A stretch of 64,000 bases of DNA from Nannocystales bacterium (GTDB lineage Bacteria > Myxococcota_A > Polyangia > Nannocystales > Nannocystaceae): assembly GCA_050633305.1 (NCBI GenBank), contig JBOEGF010000002.1, positions 185,624-249,623 of the forward strand. The letters run 5' to 3'. Shown here piece by piece: positions 9,086 to 18,960 of the stretch. The notes under the pieces were generated by a model. That model was not told the origin of the DNA. It searched no databases and saw only the letters and a program-made list of their open reading frames with translations. Numbering within the stretch: the first letter of the stretch is position 1; each line of letters starts with the position of its first letter. A program made the position numbers and the translations under genes.

Positions 9086-10431
9086 ACATGGTCTCGCTCC
9101 AACAACTCGCGCCCGCGCCACTGCATCGGCTGGTGGACCAGGTTCAAGGTCTGCTCCGCAGTCGGCTGTGGCTCAAGGTCACGGTTGGTTTGGTCTTCGG
9201 GATGGTCGCGGGCTTCGCCCTGGGCCCCGACCTCGCTTGGGTCTCGCCCTCGACGAGCGCGGTGCTGGTGGAGTGGGCCGCGTTTCCAGGGCAACTCTTC
9301 CTGTCCGCGGTTCGCATGATGGTGGTGCCGTTGGTGTTCGCCTCGATCGTCGGCGGTCTGGCGGCCAGCGAAAACACGGACCAGCTCAAGGCGCTGGGCC
9401 TGCGGGCGGGGGCCTATTTCGTCTTCACCAGCGTGGTTGCAATCACGTTGGGGCTGGCCGTCGCGATGCTGCTCGCTCCAGGCTCGCTGATCGAGTTGGC
9501 CCCCGAGGCGACGACTCAGCCACAGACGACGGCCGCAGGCCTGCCCGAGATCCACGAGATCCCACAAGCTCTACTCGGCATCCTCCCCACCAACCCATTG
9601 GGCGCGCTGGCCACGGGGCAAATGTTGCAGATCGTGGTCTTTGCGTTTGTGATGGGCATCGCGCTGGTGGTGATGCCCTCCAAACGCTCGGCGCCCCTGC
9701 TGGACCTGCTGGAGTCCCTACAAGGGGTGTGCATGACGGTGGTGAAGTGGGCCATGAAGCTGGCCCCGATCGCGGTGTTTGGGCTTTCGGTGCGACTGAC
9801 GGCGACCGTGGGGATGGAGGCTCTCGCGGGTATGGCGGCTTACGTCGGCACGGTCTTGCTGGGGCTGGGGTTGCTGGTCGGATTCTATGCACTCATTGTG
9901 GCGGTTCTTGGACGGCGGTCGCCGTGGGCGTTTCTGGCGGCCATCCGAGACGTGCAGGTGCTGGGGTTCTCCACGTCGAGCTCCGCGGCGGTGATGCCGT
10001 TGTCGATGCAAACCGCCGAAGAGAAGCTCGGGGTCAAACCTGCGATGGCGCAGTTTGTCGTACCGCTGGGCGCGACGATCAACATGGACGGCACCGCCCT
10101 GTATCAGGGCGTCGCGACGGTCTTCCTCGCCCAAGCGTATGGCGTGGACCTGGGCGTGGGCGGGCTGGTCTTGATCGTGGTCACGGCGGTCGCCGCATCG
10201 ATCGGAGCCCCCGCTGCGCCCGGCGTCGGCATCGTGATCCTCTCGGGGATCCTCTCCTCGGCCGGGATTCCAGCGTCAGGCGTCGCGCTGCTGCTGGGTG
10301 TTGACCGCTTGCTCGACATGGCACGCACCAGCGTCAACGTGACCGGTGACCTCGTGGCCTGCGTCGTACTCGACCGGTGGCTCGCCACCCCGGACGAGGC
10401 CACACTGGCTGACAACGCGGCGCAGCCCTGA
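9082..10431 (+). CDS. Dicarboxylate/amino acid:cation symporter (DAACS family)
   Basis: MVVPLVFASI, MLQIVVFA, GFSTSSSAAVMP, LGATINMDGTALY and DRLLDMARTSVNVTGD. Confidence 0.95.
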   Translation: MNMVSLQQLAPAPLHRLVDQVQGLLRSRLWLKVTVGLVFGMVAGFALGPDLAWVSPSTSAVLVEWAAFPGQLFLSAVRMMVVPLVFASIVGGLAASENTDQLKALGLRAGAYFVFTSVVAITLGLAVAMLLAPGSLIELAPEATTQPQTTAAGLPEIHEIPQALLGILPTNPLGALATGQMLQIVVFAFVMGIALVVMPSKRSAPLLDLLESLQGVCMTVVKWAMKLAPIAVFGLSVRLTATVGMEALAGMAAYVGTVLLGLGLLVGFYALIVAVLGRRSPWAFLAAIRDVQVLGFSTSSSAAVMPLSMQTAEEKLGVKPAMAQFVVPLGATINMDGTALYQGVATVFLAQAYGVDLGVGGLVLIVVTAVAASIGAPAAPGVGIVILSGILSSAGIPASGVALLLGVDRLLDMARTSVNVTGDLVACVVLDRWLATPDEATLADNAAQP

Positions 10432-10434
10432 GCC

Positions 10435-10803
10435 CTACGGCTCTTCCAACCACGCCTCGGCGGTGGCCTGCTGCTCGAGCCCGAAGCCCCGGATCTCGAC
10501 CCCAGGAATCAGCGCGCCCTCGAGCTCGCTAATCCTCTTGAGCCACCGCTGGTCGGCCAAGACAGCACAGCGCCGGAACTTACGGACGAACCCAAGCATG
10601 GAGGGCAGGCGCGCGAACTCGACCTTCAAGCCCGCAAACGTCGGTAGGGCGAACTCGCCCACCCGAAACAGCATCTGACCGTGCTCCAACCCCTCCGTCT
10701 CGCGGATCAGGCTGTCGAGGGCTGCGTTCATCTCGTCGCCATCGAGCTTGCCGCTGGACTCGATCTCGACGCGAATCGGACTCACGCGGGTCACGGTGAA
10801 CAT
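10435..10803 (-). CDS. SpoIIAA-like (STAS/SEC14 domain) protein
   Basis: 122 aa with SGKLD, FRRCAVLADQRW and a terminal AEAWL pattern. Confidence 0.8.
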   Translation of the reverse strand: MFTVTRVSPIRVEIESSGKLDGDEMNAALDSLIRETEGLEHGQMLFRVGEFALPTFAGLKVEFARLPSMLGFVRKFRRCAVLADQRWLKRISELEGALIPGVEIRGFGLEQQATAEAWLEEP

Positions 10804-10900
10804 GCAAGAACCCTACACCGCCAGCAGGGGCGTTGAGGCGGCGGCAAGAATGCAGATCGTGCGCCCTCGGCTGGGGACGACGACCCACGGACGACAACTC

Positions 10901-11296
10901 TCAACGATGCTCTTGCAGCAAGTCGAGGAACACCATGAAATCGATCGGCTTGTTCAAGAACCCGTCCGCGCCAACATCTTCGGCAAGCCGTCTGGCATCG
11001 AGGGTGCGGTGACCGGTGATGATAATGACCGGCGTTTCCTTGCAGCGGCGTCTGATCTCCGCGACGACTTCGTCTCCGGAGATTCGCGGCATCTCGAGGT
11101 CGGTCACAACGACGGAAGGCTCCGCGGTCCCGAAGGCATCGAGCGCCTCTGCACCATCGGCGGCCAGCACGACGTGATAGCCCTCCTCTTCGAGAAAGTC
11201 CTTCGCGGCGGTCCGCGTGGTTTCGTCGTCGTCCACAAAGAGGACGGTCCGCCTCGGCTCTGTTCGCTGTTCCAACGCTCGCGTCCCCGTACCCAC
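10901..11296 (-). CDS. Single-domain response regulator receiver
   Basis: [34 protein letters not shown] and FLNKP. Confidence 0.92.
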   Translation of the reverse strand: MGTGTRALEQRTEPRRTVLFVDDDETTRTAAKDFLEEEGYHVVLAADGAEALDAFGTAEPSVVVTDLEMPRISGDEVVAEIRRRCKETPVIIITGHRTLDARRLAEDVGADGFLNKPIDFMVFLDLLQEHR

Positions 11297-11439
11297 TGAC
11301 GGTACAGCCGATCAACACACCTCTGGCGGCAAACCCAGCGCTCAAATGCTCAACGCCAGAATGGAACCGGCGTTTTTCCGGGCATCGCGCAATTCCTGCG
11401 CGCTTTGGTGTAGACCTAGAACCTCGAACAGGCCGCGCC

Positions 11440-11958
11440 ATGGAACGCTCCGACAAGCTTCGCATCGCCGACGTCGCGCTGAACCGCGACGTATTCCTGC
11501 GAAGCCTGGTCCGAGAGCTCGCCGGGACGCTCGAGAGCGTCGTGGGCATGGCCGACGCTGTGGGCTTCATCAGCGTGGTCGGGCAGAACATCGGCCAGCA
11601 GATGGAGGCCGACTACAAGGCAGCATTGAAAGTCGACTCGCTTTCTCGCGAACAGGTCGCCGACGTCCTCGTCGATCTCAAGCGCAGGATCCAAGGCGAC
11701 TTCCGGGTCGTCGAGGAGAGCGACGAAAAGATCGTGCTGGGCAACCGAGCCTGTCCGTTCGGCGACAAGGTCATCGACCGCCCGTCGCTGTGCATGATGA
11801 CCTCAAACGTATTCGGCAACATCGCCGCGAACAACCTCGGCTATGCCCGTGTCGTTCTCGACGAGACCATCGCCGCGGGTTCTCCTGGTTGTTTGGTCAC
11901 GATCTTCCTCAAGCAGGGCTCGGGCTCTGACGAGGGCCGCGAGTACTTCCAGGACTGA
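11440..11958 (+). CDS. Methanogen output domain 1 (MetOD1; V4R-related) protein
   Basis: [19 protein letters not shown]...[46 protein letters not shown]...TIA.G..GC, ending GREYF. Confidence 0.85.
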   Translation: MERSDKLRIADVALNRDVFLRSLVRELAGTLESVVGMADAVGFISVVGQNIGQQMEADYKAALKVDSLSREQVADVLVDLKRRIQGDFRVVEESDEKIVLGNRACPFGDKVIDRPSLCMMTSNVFGNIAANNLGYARVVLDETIAAGSPGCLVTIFLKQGSGSDEGREYFQD

Positions 11959-11966
11959 GTTCGTCG

Positions 11967-13502
11967 ATGAACCCACAGAGCTTCGCAGAGCTGGCCAAGC
12001 TGGTTCCTGCCCCGATGATTCTGTTGGACGCGGCGGGGCGCGTGCTGAAGGCCAGCCCAGGCCTGGGTCGCAAAGCCCTGTGGTTGGCGCACCCAGAAGA
12101 GCGACTGCTGACCGACCTGGTCGAAGACCCCCAAGAGGACATCACCCAATACCTGCAGCGATGCAGACGCAGCTCCCAACCATCCATTGGCGCGGTCACG
12201 CTTCGCAACCGTGAAACCGACGGGAGCGGGATTCGGTGCCGCTGCTATGGGGCCGGCGTCGCCCAAAGTGAGGGGACATCGCGACTGGTGGTTCTCCGAC
12301 TGGTGCCCGTGCACACCAGCGGCGAACACGACCCGTTCCAAACGCTGACCGAACGCATCCGCCGGCGCGACGACGCCAGGCGAGGCCAACACGAGTCCGC
12401 GGTGGAAGTGGCCGCAAGCGAACGGCGACTGTCGTACTTGGTCGAGACCACGCAGGACGCGGTTGTCTTCATCGACGGCGAGCACAACATCGACCGCTTC
12501 AACGCCTCGGCGGAGCAGACGTTCGGATATGCCCGGGAGGAGGTCCTCGGGAAGCCGGTCACGATGCTCATGCCCGAGCCGCACCAGTCCAAACACGAGC
12601 GGTACATCGCTCGATACGAAGAGACTGGAGAAGCGCAGGCGGTCGGACAGATTCGAGAAGTCCGGGCGTTGCGAAAGGACGGCACCGAGTTTCCGATGGA
12701 GCTGTCGGTCACTCCCCTCGAGCCGGAAGCCGGTCGATACGCGGCGTTCATTCGCGACACGTCGAGGCGACGAGCCTTGCAGGAGCGAATCTTGAGCAAG
12801 GAGCGGCTCGCGGCTGTCGGGGAGACCGCAGCGATGTTTGCCCACGAGGTCTCCAACCCGCTCAACGGCATGTCCATGCATGCTCAGCTGCTCGAGCGCC
12901 GCTTGAAGAAGGCCGGCGTGGACGACGAGAAGATCAAGAACAACGTCGCGTTGATCGCCAAGGAGATCCACCGCCTCACCGGCCTCCTCAACGACTTCCG
13001 CGGCCTGTCCAAGGGACAACAGCTGTACCGCTTTTCCCCGACCCGACTCCAGGATCTCCTCGGGGAGCTCTGCGAAGAGCAAGCGCCGATCCACCGTGCG
13101 CTCAAGATCGCCACGCAAGTCGAGATCCCCGATGCGGTCCCGATGGTCAGCGTCGACCGCGACAAGCTCAAGCAAGCACTGCTCAACCTGTGCAAGAACG
13201 CCTCCGAGGCGATGTCCGATGGCGGCACTCTCACGGTGAAGCTCGAGGGCGGTGAGCAGACCGTTTGCGTCGAGATCGGTGACACCGGTTGCGGGATCCC
13301 AAGCGAGGTCGATGTGTTCAAGCCGTTCGCGACCACCAAGTTTGGCGGCACCGGCTTGGGCATGCCCGTCGTCCGCCAGATCGTGGACGCGCACGGCGGG
13401 ACCATCAGCTACGACAGCAAGCCGGGTGTGGGGACGACGTTCCGACTCGAGCTCCCCATCGCCGCGCCAGGGAGCGAGTCACCACCCCTGGTTGCGGACT
13501 GA
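11967..13502 (+). CDS. PAS-domain sensor histidine kinase
   Basis: FixL-like PAS (FNASAEQTFGY, LMPEP....H..YI.RY), H-box FAHEVSNPL, N-box QALLNLCKNA and G-boxes DTGCGI and GGTGLG. Confidence 0.94.
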   Translation: MNPQSFAELAKLVPAPMILLDAAGRVLKASPGLGRKALWLAHPEERLLTDLVEDPQEDITQYLQRCRRSSQPSIGAVTLRNRETDGSGIRCRCYGAGVAQSEGTSRLVVLRLVPVHTSGEHDPFQTLTERIRRRDDARRGQHESAVEVAASERRLSYLVETTQDAVVFIDGEHNIDRFNASAEQTFGYAREEVLGKPVTMLMPEPHQSKHERYIARYEETGEAQAVGQIREVRALRKDGTEFPMELSVTPLEPEAGRYAAFIRDTSRRRALQERILSKERLAAVGETAAMFAHEVSNPLNGMSMHAQLLERRLKKAGVDDEKIKNNVALIAKEIHRLTGLLNDFRGLSKGQQLYRFSPTRLQDLLGELCEEQAPIHRALKIATQVEIPDAVPMVSVDRDKLKQALLNLCKNASEAMSDGGTLTVKLEGGEQTVCVEIGDTGCGIPSEVDVFKPFATTKFGGTGLGMPVVRQIVDAHGGTISYDSKPGVGTTFRLELPIAAPGSESPPLVAD

Positions 13503-13636
13503 CACACAGAAGCGTTGCACCCCGCCACGGACGCCTCCTGCGATCCAGCGCACAGAATCGAAGGCAACCCTTCGAGATCCGACGTAGATTCTCCGAGCCG
13601 TGTAGAGCTGGCCCGCGTTTCGAAATGAACGCTGGC

Positions 13637-14047
13637 ATGACTTACCGACTGGCTCTCGTTCTCGCCCCGACCCTCGTCCTCGCCGCCTGCGCGGGTCCGG
13701 TCCAGGCTCCAGTGTCTCGAGCACCGACGACCGCCAGCCCCGATTCATTCGCCTCCTTGGATTCGCCCCCACCCGCGCCCCTACCGGAGCGTGTGGACGC
13801 CCCCGCACCCGATGCGCAGGCGCTCCTCGTCGCGTCGGCGATGTCGTTCCTCGGCAAGACGACGGCGGAGTACGATGGAATGTCGATGGTGATCGTCGAG
13901 CACGATCCGGCGGAGTTGCTCGACGAAGCGTTCGCAGACCGAAGCTTCTGCGAGCTGGTTGCCGCGGCAGATGTCGAGCCACACGATGGCGTGCTCACCC
14001 CATCAGAGGCGCAGCACCTCGAGCTGTCGGTCTTGGCGTCACTGTAG
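13637..14047 (+). CDS. Hypothetical lipoprotein with a possible EF-hand-like C-terminal loop
   Basis: MTYRLALVLAPTLVLAAC lipobox; C-terminal ADVEPHDGVLTPSEA. Start placed at ATG 13637 inside ORF 13289..14047. Confidence 0.6.
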   Translation: MTYRLALVLAPTLVLAACAGPVQAPVSRAPTTASPDSFASLDSPPPAPLPERVDAPAPDAQALLVASAMSFLGKTTAEYDGMSMVIVEHDPAELLDEAFADRSFCELVAAADVEPHDGVLTPSEAQHLELSVLASL

Positions 14048-14124
14048 GGGTTCGCGAGAGAACCCCCGAGGGACGGTCCCACGGTGGGACCTCCGAACAG
14101 CTGGCCCCCTGCTACGATGGGGAG

Positions 14125-14532
14125 ATGGCCTACGGGTTCGACAACCACTCCCACGCACCCATCTTGGTGTTGTGGTGGAGCGGAGCGACCCTCCGGGAAG
14201 ATGTCACGACGTGTCTCGACGAACTCAGCCGACGGTTCGGGAGCTGGGATGCGCCCGGACGCGTCGTGTTCGACTTCGCTGAAGTGGGTGACTTCAACGC
14301 GGACATGCGCCGCCTCCTCGCGTCCTGGCGAGCCCGAAATCGCCAACTCATCCAGGACCGCGTCGACGCGGCAGCATACGTCTTCACCTCCAGGCTTTCC
14401 CGCGGTTACTTGACCGCGGTCGACTGGCTCAAGCCAACGCCCGACTTCGCCCGACGCTTCTTCGCCACGCGAGCTGAGGCCGTGCGCTGGTTGGAGTCCA
14501 TGGCGCCAAACACCGCCGCCACAGGCGCATGA
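14125..14532 (+). CDS. STAS/SEC14-like small protein (myxobacterial type)
   Basis: 135 aa with VVFDF, AAAYVFTSRLSRGYLTAVDWL.P and FATRAEAVRWL. Confidence 0.65.
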   Translation: MAYGFDNHSHAPILVLWWSGATLREDVTTCLDELSRRFGSWDAPGRVVFDFAEVGDFNADMRRLLASWRARNRQLIQDRVDAAAYVFTSRLSRGYLTAVDWLKPTPDFARRFFATRAEAVRWLESMAPNTAATGA

Positions 14533-14734
14533 ACGAGCCCAGGCGCGGGGATTGGCGATGACGCGTTTGGATTGCCCGCTGTCGGGCTTGGCGAGAGCGC
14601 TGTCGCGGAAGACGAACTACGTTGTGGCCACAGGGAGCCATGCCTGAGCACAAGATTGACAACAGCATCGCCGCCGGTTCGGGCTCTCGGACGCTCTGCG
14701 TCTTCTGGCGCTCACTGTCCGAGGCCGCCCTCGC

Positions 14735-15736
14735 GTGAGCAACGGAAAGGACTACCGGCTCGCTCCTTCGTGGCGAGCGCAAATCTCGGAGATGGGTCTC
14801 GAGCCCGCCGACATCCTCCGCCTCGCAGGCCTTCCCGAGGATCTGCTCTCTCAACCTGAGGTCCGTGTTTCGGGCACTGACTTCTTCAACCTGTGGAACG
14901 CGGCAGAGTCACTGTGTCCGGGCATCGAGCTGGCACTGGAGGCGGTCCGGCGCACGACCGCTGAGACGTTCTCTCCACCCGCGTTTGCAGCGTTGTGCAG
15001 TCCCAACTTTGCGACCGCGCTCGAACGCCTCGCGACCTACAAACAGGTCTGCGCTCCCGTGCGGCTCGAGCTCGAGCCCACGAACGACGACGGTCTTCGG
15101 GCCACGATTCGCTGGCTCAACAGCACGACTCCCCCTCCCCCATCGCTCTCGACCATGGAGCTCGCGTTCCTCGTTCGGATCGGCCGCATGGGAACACGTC
15201 AACCCATCGCCCCCACCGCGGTCGCCCTTCCGCAGATGCCGGAGAGAGTGCAGCCCTACGAAGAGTATTTCGGAACCCCGATCGGCACTTCGGTTCCGGG
15301 GTGGATCGAATTCGGTCGCGAAGCGCTGGTAACCCCGTTCCTGACCTCGAACGACGAGATGTGGAACACATTCGAGCCCAGTATGCGGCGGCGCCTGGCG
15401 ACCTTGAGCGGCGCCGCGAGCACGACAGAACGCCTACGAGCGGTCCTGCTGGAGTCCTTGCCCAGCGGCCGAGCCAGCATCGCCGATGTCTCCCAGCGCC
15501 TCGGCGTGGGCGCCCGAACACTCCAGCGACGGCTCCGCGCCGAAGACTCCAGCTTCAACAATGTACTGGCCAGCGTCCGTGAACAACTCGCTCGGCACTA
15601 CCTGGCCAGCACCGAGCTGTCATGCAACGAGATCGCGTTCCTGCTGGGCTACGCGGAGCCGAACTCCTTCTTCCGCGCGTTTCAGGGATGGACCGGCGAG
15701 TCACCCGAGCGCCACCGCCAGGCCCAGGTTCATTGA
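14735..15736 (+). CDS. AraC family transcriptional regulator
   Basis: C-terminal double HTH (LGVGARTLQRRLRAE, IAFLLGYAEPNSFFRAFQGWTG) and N-terminal FAALCSPN ligand domain. Confidence 0.93.
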   Translation: MSNGKDYRLAPSWRAQISEMGLEPADILRLAGLPEDLLSQPEVRVSGTDFFNLWNAAESLCPGIELALEAVRRTTAETFSPPAFAALCSPNFATALERLATYKQVCAPVRLELEPTNDDGLRATIRWLNSTTPPPPSLSTMELAFLVRIGRMGTRQPIAPTAVALPQMPERVQPYEEYFGTPIGTSVPGWIEFGREALVTPFLTSNDEMWNTFEPSMRRRLATLSGAASTTERLRAVLLESLPSGRASIADVSQRLGVGARTLQRRLRAEDSSFNNVLASVREQLARHYLASTELSCNEIAFLLGYAEPNSFFRAFQGWTGESPERHRQAQVH

Positions 15737-15746
15737 GCCACCTCCG

Positions 15747-16655
15747 TCAGCCCTGATCGGCTGCGCGTCGTTTGAGCACCCGGAGACTATGGAACCCGTG
15801 GCAACAGTGGCCGCTCTCCGCCTGCTCTACATCGATCCCCAACGAAGCGCCGTCTGGCAGCTCAAGCGCGCCTCGATGGCCCGAGACAAGGGTCATCGAC
15901 TGTTCGGCGTATTCGAACTGCAACGCCAACTTGCCAACATCAGCATCGATATCGCCGGGCAACGGAGCACCGCACGCGTCGTAGCTTCCGACCGCCTCGA
16001 TCCGCGACGTGAGTGTCTCGAGCCCTGCGTCGACGTCGTCTCCATCGATCCCCTGCGCGAGAAGGTCGGACCCCCGAGCCAGGTCGAACCAATCGAAGCC
16101 CCCGAACTCGTTCCTGTTGTGGATCGCCTGCAGACGGACCTCGTCGCCGGGGGCCCAGTCGGGGTCCTCTTCCGCGACCGCGGCAACCGAAACCGTAGCG
16201 GTCCGAGAGGTCTCCGCATCGCTGCAGTCGAGTTCCGTGGCCCAAACGCCGTCGGCGACATCGACCGACGAGATCAGACAGTCGTCATCGATATCGTAGA
16301 AGCCATAGCCGTTGTCGATCTCCCAGCCGTCCAGGGTGACGTCGAACGCGGCATCGACTTCGGGGTCCGAGGCTGCACATGCGGGGTCGAACGGATCGGG
16401 TCCGTCCGTGTCCGTGTCCGTGTCCGTGTCCATGTCCGTGTCCGTGTCCGTGTCGTCGGAGTCCCCGTTGGTGTCCGTGTCGCCAGTGGTGACGGTCCCG
16501 AGCGAATCCGTGTCCGGTTCGTCCGTTCCGGTCGCGCCAGGCTCGGTGTCTGCGTTTTCGGTTCCAGCCGTGGACGCGTCCGCGCCATCACCTCCGGTGT
16601 CGCAAGCGATCGCCAGACCTGCCATGAGGCCAAGCAACATTCCTTTCAATCGCAT
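15747..16655 (-). CDS. Hypothetical lipoprotein with (DT)n linker
   Basis: MRLKGMLLGLMAGLAIAC lipobox, Asp/Thr low-complexity linker and Cys-containing C-terminal domain. Confidence 0.75.
   Translation of the reverse strand: MRLKGMLLGLMAGLAIACDTGGDGADASTAGTENADTEPGATGTDEPDTDSLGTVTTGDTDTNGDSDDTDTDTDMDTDTDTDTDGPDPFDPACAASDPEVDAAFDVTLDGWEIDNGYGFYDIDDDCLISSVDVADGVWATELDCSDAETSRTATVSVAAVAEEDPDWAPGDEVRLQAIHNRNEFGGFDWFDLARGSDLLAQGIDGDDVDAGLETLTSRIEAVGSYDACGAPLPGDIDADVGKLALQFEYAEQSMTLVSGHRGALELPDGASLGIDVEQAESGHCCHGFHSLRVLKRRAADQG
16405..16454. repeat. Hexamer tandem repeat (TCCGTG) of about 8 copies encoding a DT dipeptide run
   Basis: Directly visible; in frame within CDS 15747..16655. Confidence 0.85.
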
Positions 16656-16668
16656 GGCGTCGGTCTAC

Positions 16669-16684
16669 TGCACGCCGAGTGCCA
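16669..16684 (-). promoter_or_regulatory. Putative sigma-54 promoter for the lipoprotein gene 15747..16655
   Basis: Minus strand TGGCACTCGGCGTGCA has exact GG-N10-GC spacing, 13 nt upstream of the ATG. Confidence 0.55.
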
Positions 16685-16718
16685 GCCGGTTTTCAGGGCG
16701 ATACGAGCCCCGGCAGAC

Positions 16719-16766
16719 TGAAGAACGACATCTTTGTCGGGGTGAAGAACGACATCTTTGTCGGGG
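16719..16766. repeat. Perfect 24-bp tandem duplication, each unit containing a palindrome
   Basis: TGAAGAACGACATCTTTGTCGGGG twice; core CGACA-TCTT-TGTCG. Confidence 0.9.
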
Positions 16767-16825
16767 ACTTCGCTCGACGGGAGTGCCGGCTGTGGGCCCG
16801 GACAGCGCACAGCAGCCGAAGAAGC

Positions 16826-17704
16826 TCAGCGGCTCACCAGGCTCGACGCGTCGAGGAATCGATGAGGATGCCCTGCATGGACAGGGTCCTCATCGCAGAG
16901 GTGGCGACTATCTTCGATGATCACCACGTGCGCCCCCTTGGGGAGGTCGCCCTCACTCGTCTCGAGCAATGTCCGCGCCCGAGCCCGTCGCTGCGCTTCG
17001 TCTTCAGCGCGCACGAAGAATCGACACACCGCATCGCCCACCCGCTCCTCCACCGGGCGCCCAAGGTCTTCCCGGATCGCGTCGGTCAGCAATCGGTCCG
17101 CGGTGTCCAAGTCCCCCTTCGCAGCGTGAGCGGAGGCCCGGAGAAACGCGATCGTCTGGTCTCCAACCGCGAGCCCCAAGGCGGTGTCGTAGGCGGTGGC
17201 CGCCTCGTCGTACTTCCGCTGAGCCGCCAAGCAGTTGCCCATGTTGCGCCAGGTGGCGACGTGCTGGGGGTCGGCGAGCATGGCGCTGCGGTAGCAAGCC
17301 AACGCGGCCTCCCACTCTCCCCGCGTGTCGAGGAGCACGCCCCGCGACACCCATGCCTCAGTGAACATCGGATCGGTAGCACTCGCGCGCTCGTACGACG
17401 TCAGCGCCCCATCCATGTCGCCACCCTGTTCTCGGTAGACACCCACCTGGTGATGGATGCGCGCGTCGTCCCCGATCACACCGAGCACGTCGTCGAGCAC
17501 CGTAGCGGCATCGAGCGGTCGCCCTCTGAGCAGCTGAACCTGCGCGTAGGCAGCCGCTCGTGTCAGCGGGTCCGCGCCCTCCAGGGACGTCTCGATGGCT
17601 TCGAGCGCCGCCTGTACCGCGGTAGGGTCCTTGGCTGCGATGCCAGACCGCAGAGCTTCGAATCGTTGGCGGAGGTCTGGGTTACCCATCTCGACGGCGC
17701 GCAT
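16826..17704 (-). CDS. Tetratricopeptide repeat protein
   Basis: Successive TPR motifs (ALTSYERA...DP...EAWVSRGV, ALACYRSA...DP....WRNMGN, AATAYDTAL). Start 17704 or 17689. Confidence 0.82.
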   Translation of the reverse strand: MRAVEMGNPDLRQRFEALRSGIAAKDPTAVQAALEAIETSLEGADPLTRAAAYAQVQLLRGRPLDAATVLDDVLGVIGDDARIHHQVGVYREQGGDMDGALTSYERASATDPMFTEAWVSRGVLLDTRGEWEAALACYRSAMLADPQHVATWRNMGNCLAAQRKYDEAATAYDTALGLAVGDQTIAFLRASAHAAKGDLDTADRLLTDAIREDLGRPVEERVGDAVCRFFVRAEDEAQRRARARTLLETSEGDLPKGAHVVIIEDSRHLCDEDPVHAGHPHRFLDASSLVSR

Positions 17705-17860
17705 GGTGACCCGAGATCTCGAGGCTGTCACCGCGTTGTCACACCTTCGCGCGTGATAGCGAGCGCCCCGTGTTTTTGCGCTGGTTCGGGGACAAATGCG
17801 CACCGGCCCTTGCCACTCGTAGCGTGTAGGATGTGGGACCTCGTGGGAGAGACCCAGACC

Positions 17861-18829
17861 ATGCGCACCGCCGCTCTTTGCTTGATCCTTGGAACTTCAA
17901 TCGGTTACGCGGGTTGTACGGTCGACGCTCGCGACAACATGATGGCTCAAACCGGAAGCGCGGGAGCGACGCAGGACTCCGGGGCGACCGCCTCAACGAC
18001 CGACGATCCCAGCGCTGGCTCCACCACCGGCGTGAGTGATGAGACAAGCACGGGCAGCGGCGCCACGACCGAGGACGACACCGACCCCGTCGGCCCCATC
18101 CTCGACGTCGGACCGGACGAGACGGGCGGTATCGAGCTGGCCGAGGTGTTCGGACACAGCGGGGACACCCTGTACCGACTCGACCCCGAGACGCTCGACG
18201 TCGACGAAGTGGGTGAGTTCGACGGCTGCAACGACGGAGCGATCATCGACATCGCACTCGACTCGGACTCGAACATGTTCGGGGTCAGCTACGACTCGCT
18301 GTACGAGATCGACCGCGTCACGGCGCGGTGCACCTTGATCGCGTCCGGCTCGTACCCGACCTCACTGTCGTTCGTCCCCGAGGGCACAGTCACCGTCACC
18401 GGTGAGGCACTCGTCGGCTTCCTCGGCAACCGCTACGTCCAGATCGACACGAACAACGGCAACGTCTCCGACATCGCCATGCTTGCGGACGGGCTGCAGT
18501 CCAGCGGTGACGTCGTCTCCGTCAAGGACGGCGGCACATACCTCACCGTCTTCGGCCCCGGCTGCGAAGACAACGACTGCATCATCCAGTTCAACCCGAG
18601 CAACGGCTTGGTGCTGCAGAACTACGGCACCATCCCCTACGACCAAGTCTTCGGCTTGGCGTTTTGGGCGGGTAAAGCGTACGGGTTCGCACGGGACGGC
18701 GAACTGTTCGAGATCGACTTCGTGGGCGACACCGTTACGACCACCCCGATTCCAGTGCCCGATGCGCCCCCGGGGCTGGAGTTCTTCGGCGCGGGGTCTA
18801 CGACGTCCGCGCCTCCCGTCGCCGGCTGA
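17861..18829 (+). CDS. Lipoprotein with S/T-rich linker and beta-propeller-like domain
   Basis: MRTAALCLILGTSIGYAGC; repeated LY.(L/I)DP/IDIA motifs, ending GAGSTTSAP. Start placed inside ORF 16679..18829. Confidence 0.8.
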   Translation: MRTAALCLILGTSIGYAGCTVDARDNMMAQTGSAGATQDSGATASTTDDPSAGSTTGVSDETSTGSGATTEDDTDPVGPILDVGPDETGGIELAEVFGHSGDTLYRLDPETLDVDEVGEFDGCNDGAIIDIALDSDSNMFGVSYDSLYEIDRVTARCTLIASGSYPTSLSFVPEGTVTVTGEALVGFLGNRYVQIDTNNGNVSDIAMLADGLQSSGDVVSVKDGGTYLTVFGPGCEDNDCIIQFNPSNGLVLQNYGTIPYDQVFGLAFWAGKAYGFARDGELFEIDFVGDTVTTTPIPVPDAPPGLEFFGAGSTTSAPPVAG

Positions 18830-18960
18830 GCGGGCGGGAACGCTCGGGAGAGCTTCGGTCTCTCGTATCCGAGCCCGCGCATGTGAGCAGAGGCCAGTCT
18901 CGAGCGCGGCGTGGGCCCCGCATCTGTGTTTGAATCCCCGTGGGGATGGGGAACGACGTG

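Noticed and set aside
16719..16766. 24-bp direct repeat as a CRISPR array
   Set aside because: Only two copies, no spacer between them and no cas genes in the window.
16679..17860. N-terminal 394 codons of the 716-aa ORF 16679..18829
   Set aside because: Antisense to the TPR gene; the real lipoprotein signal peptide begins at ATG 17861.
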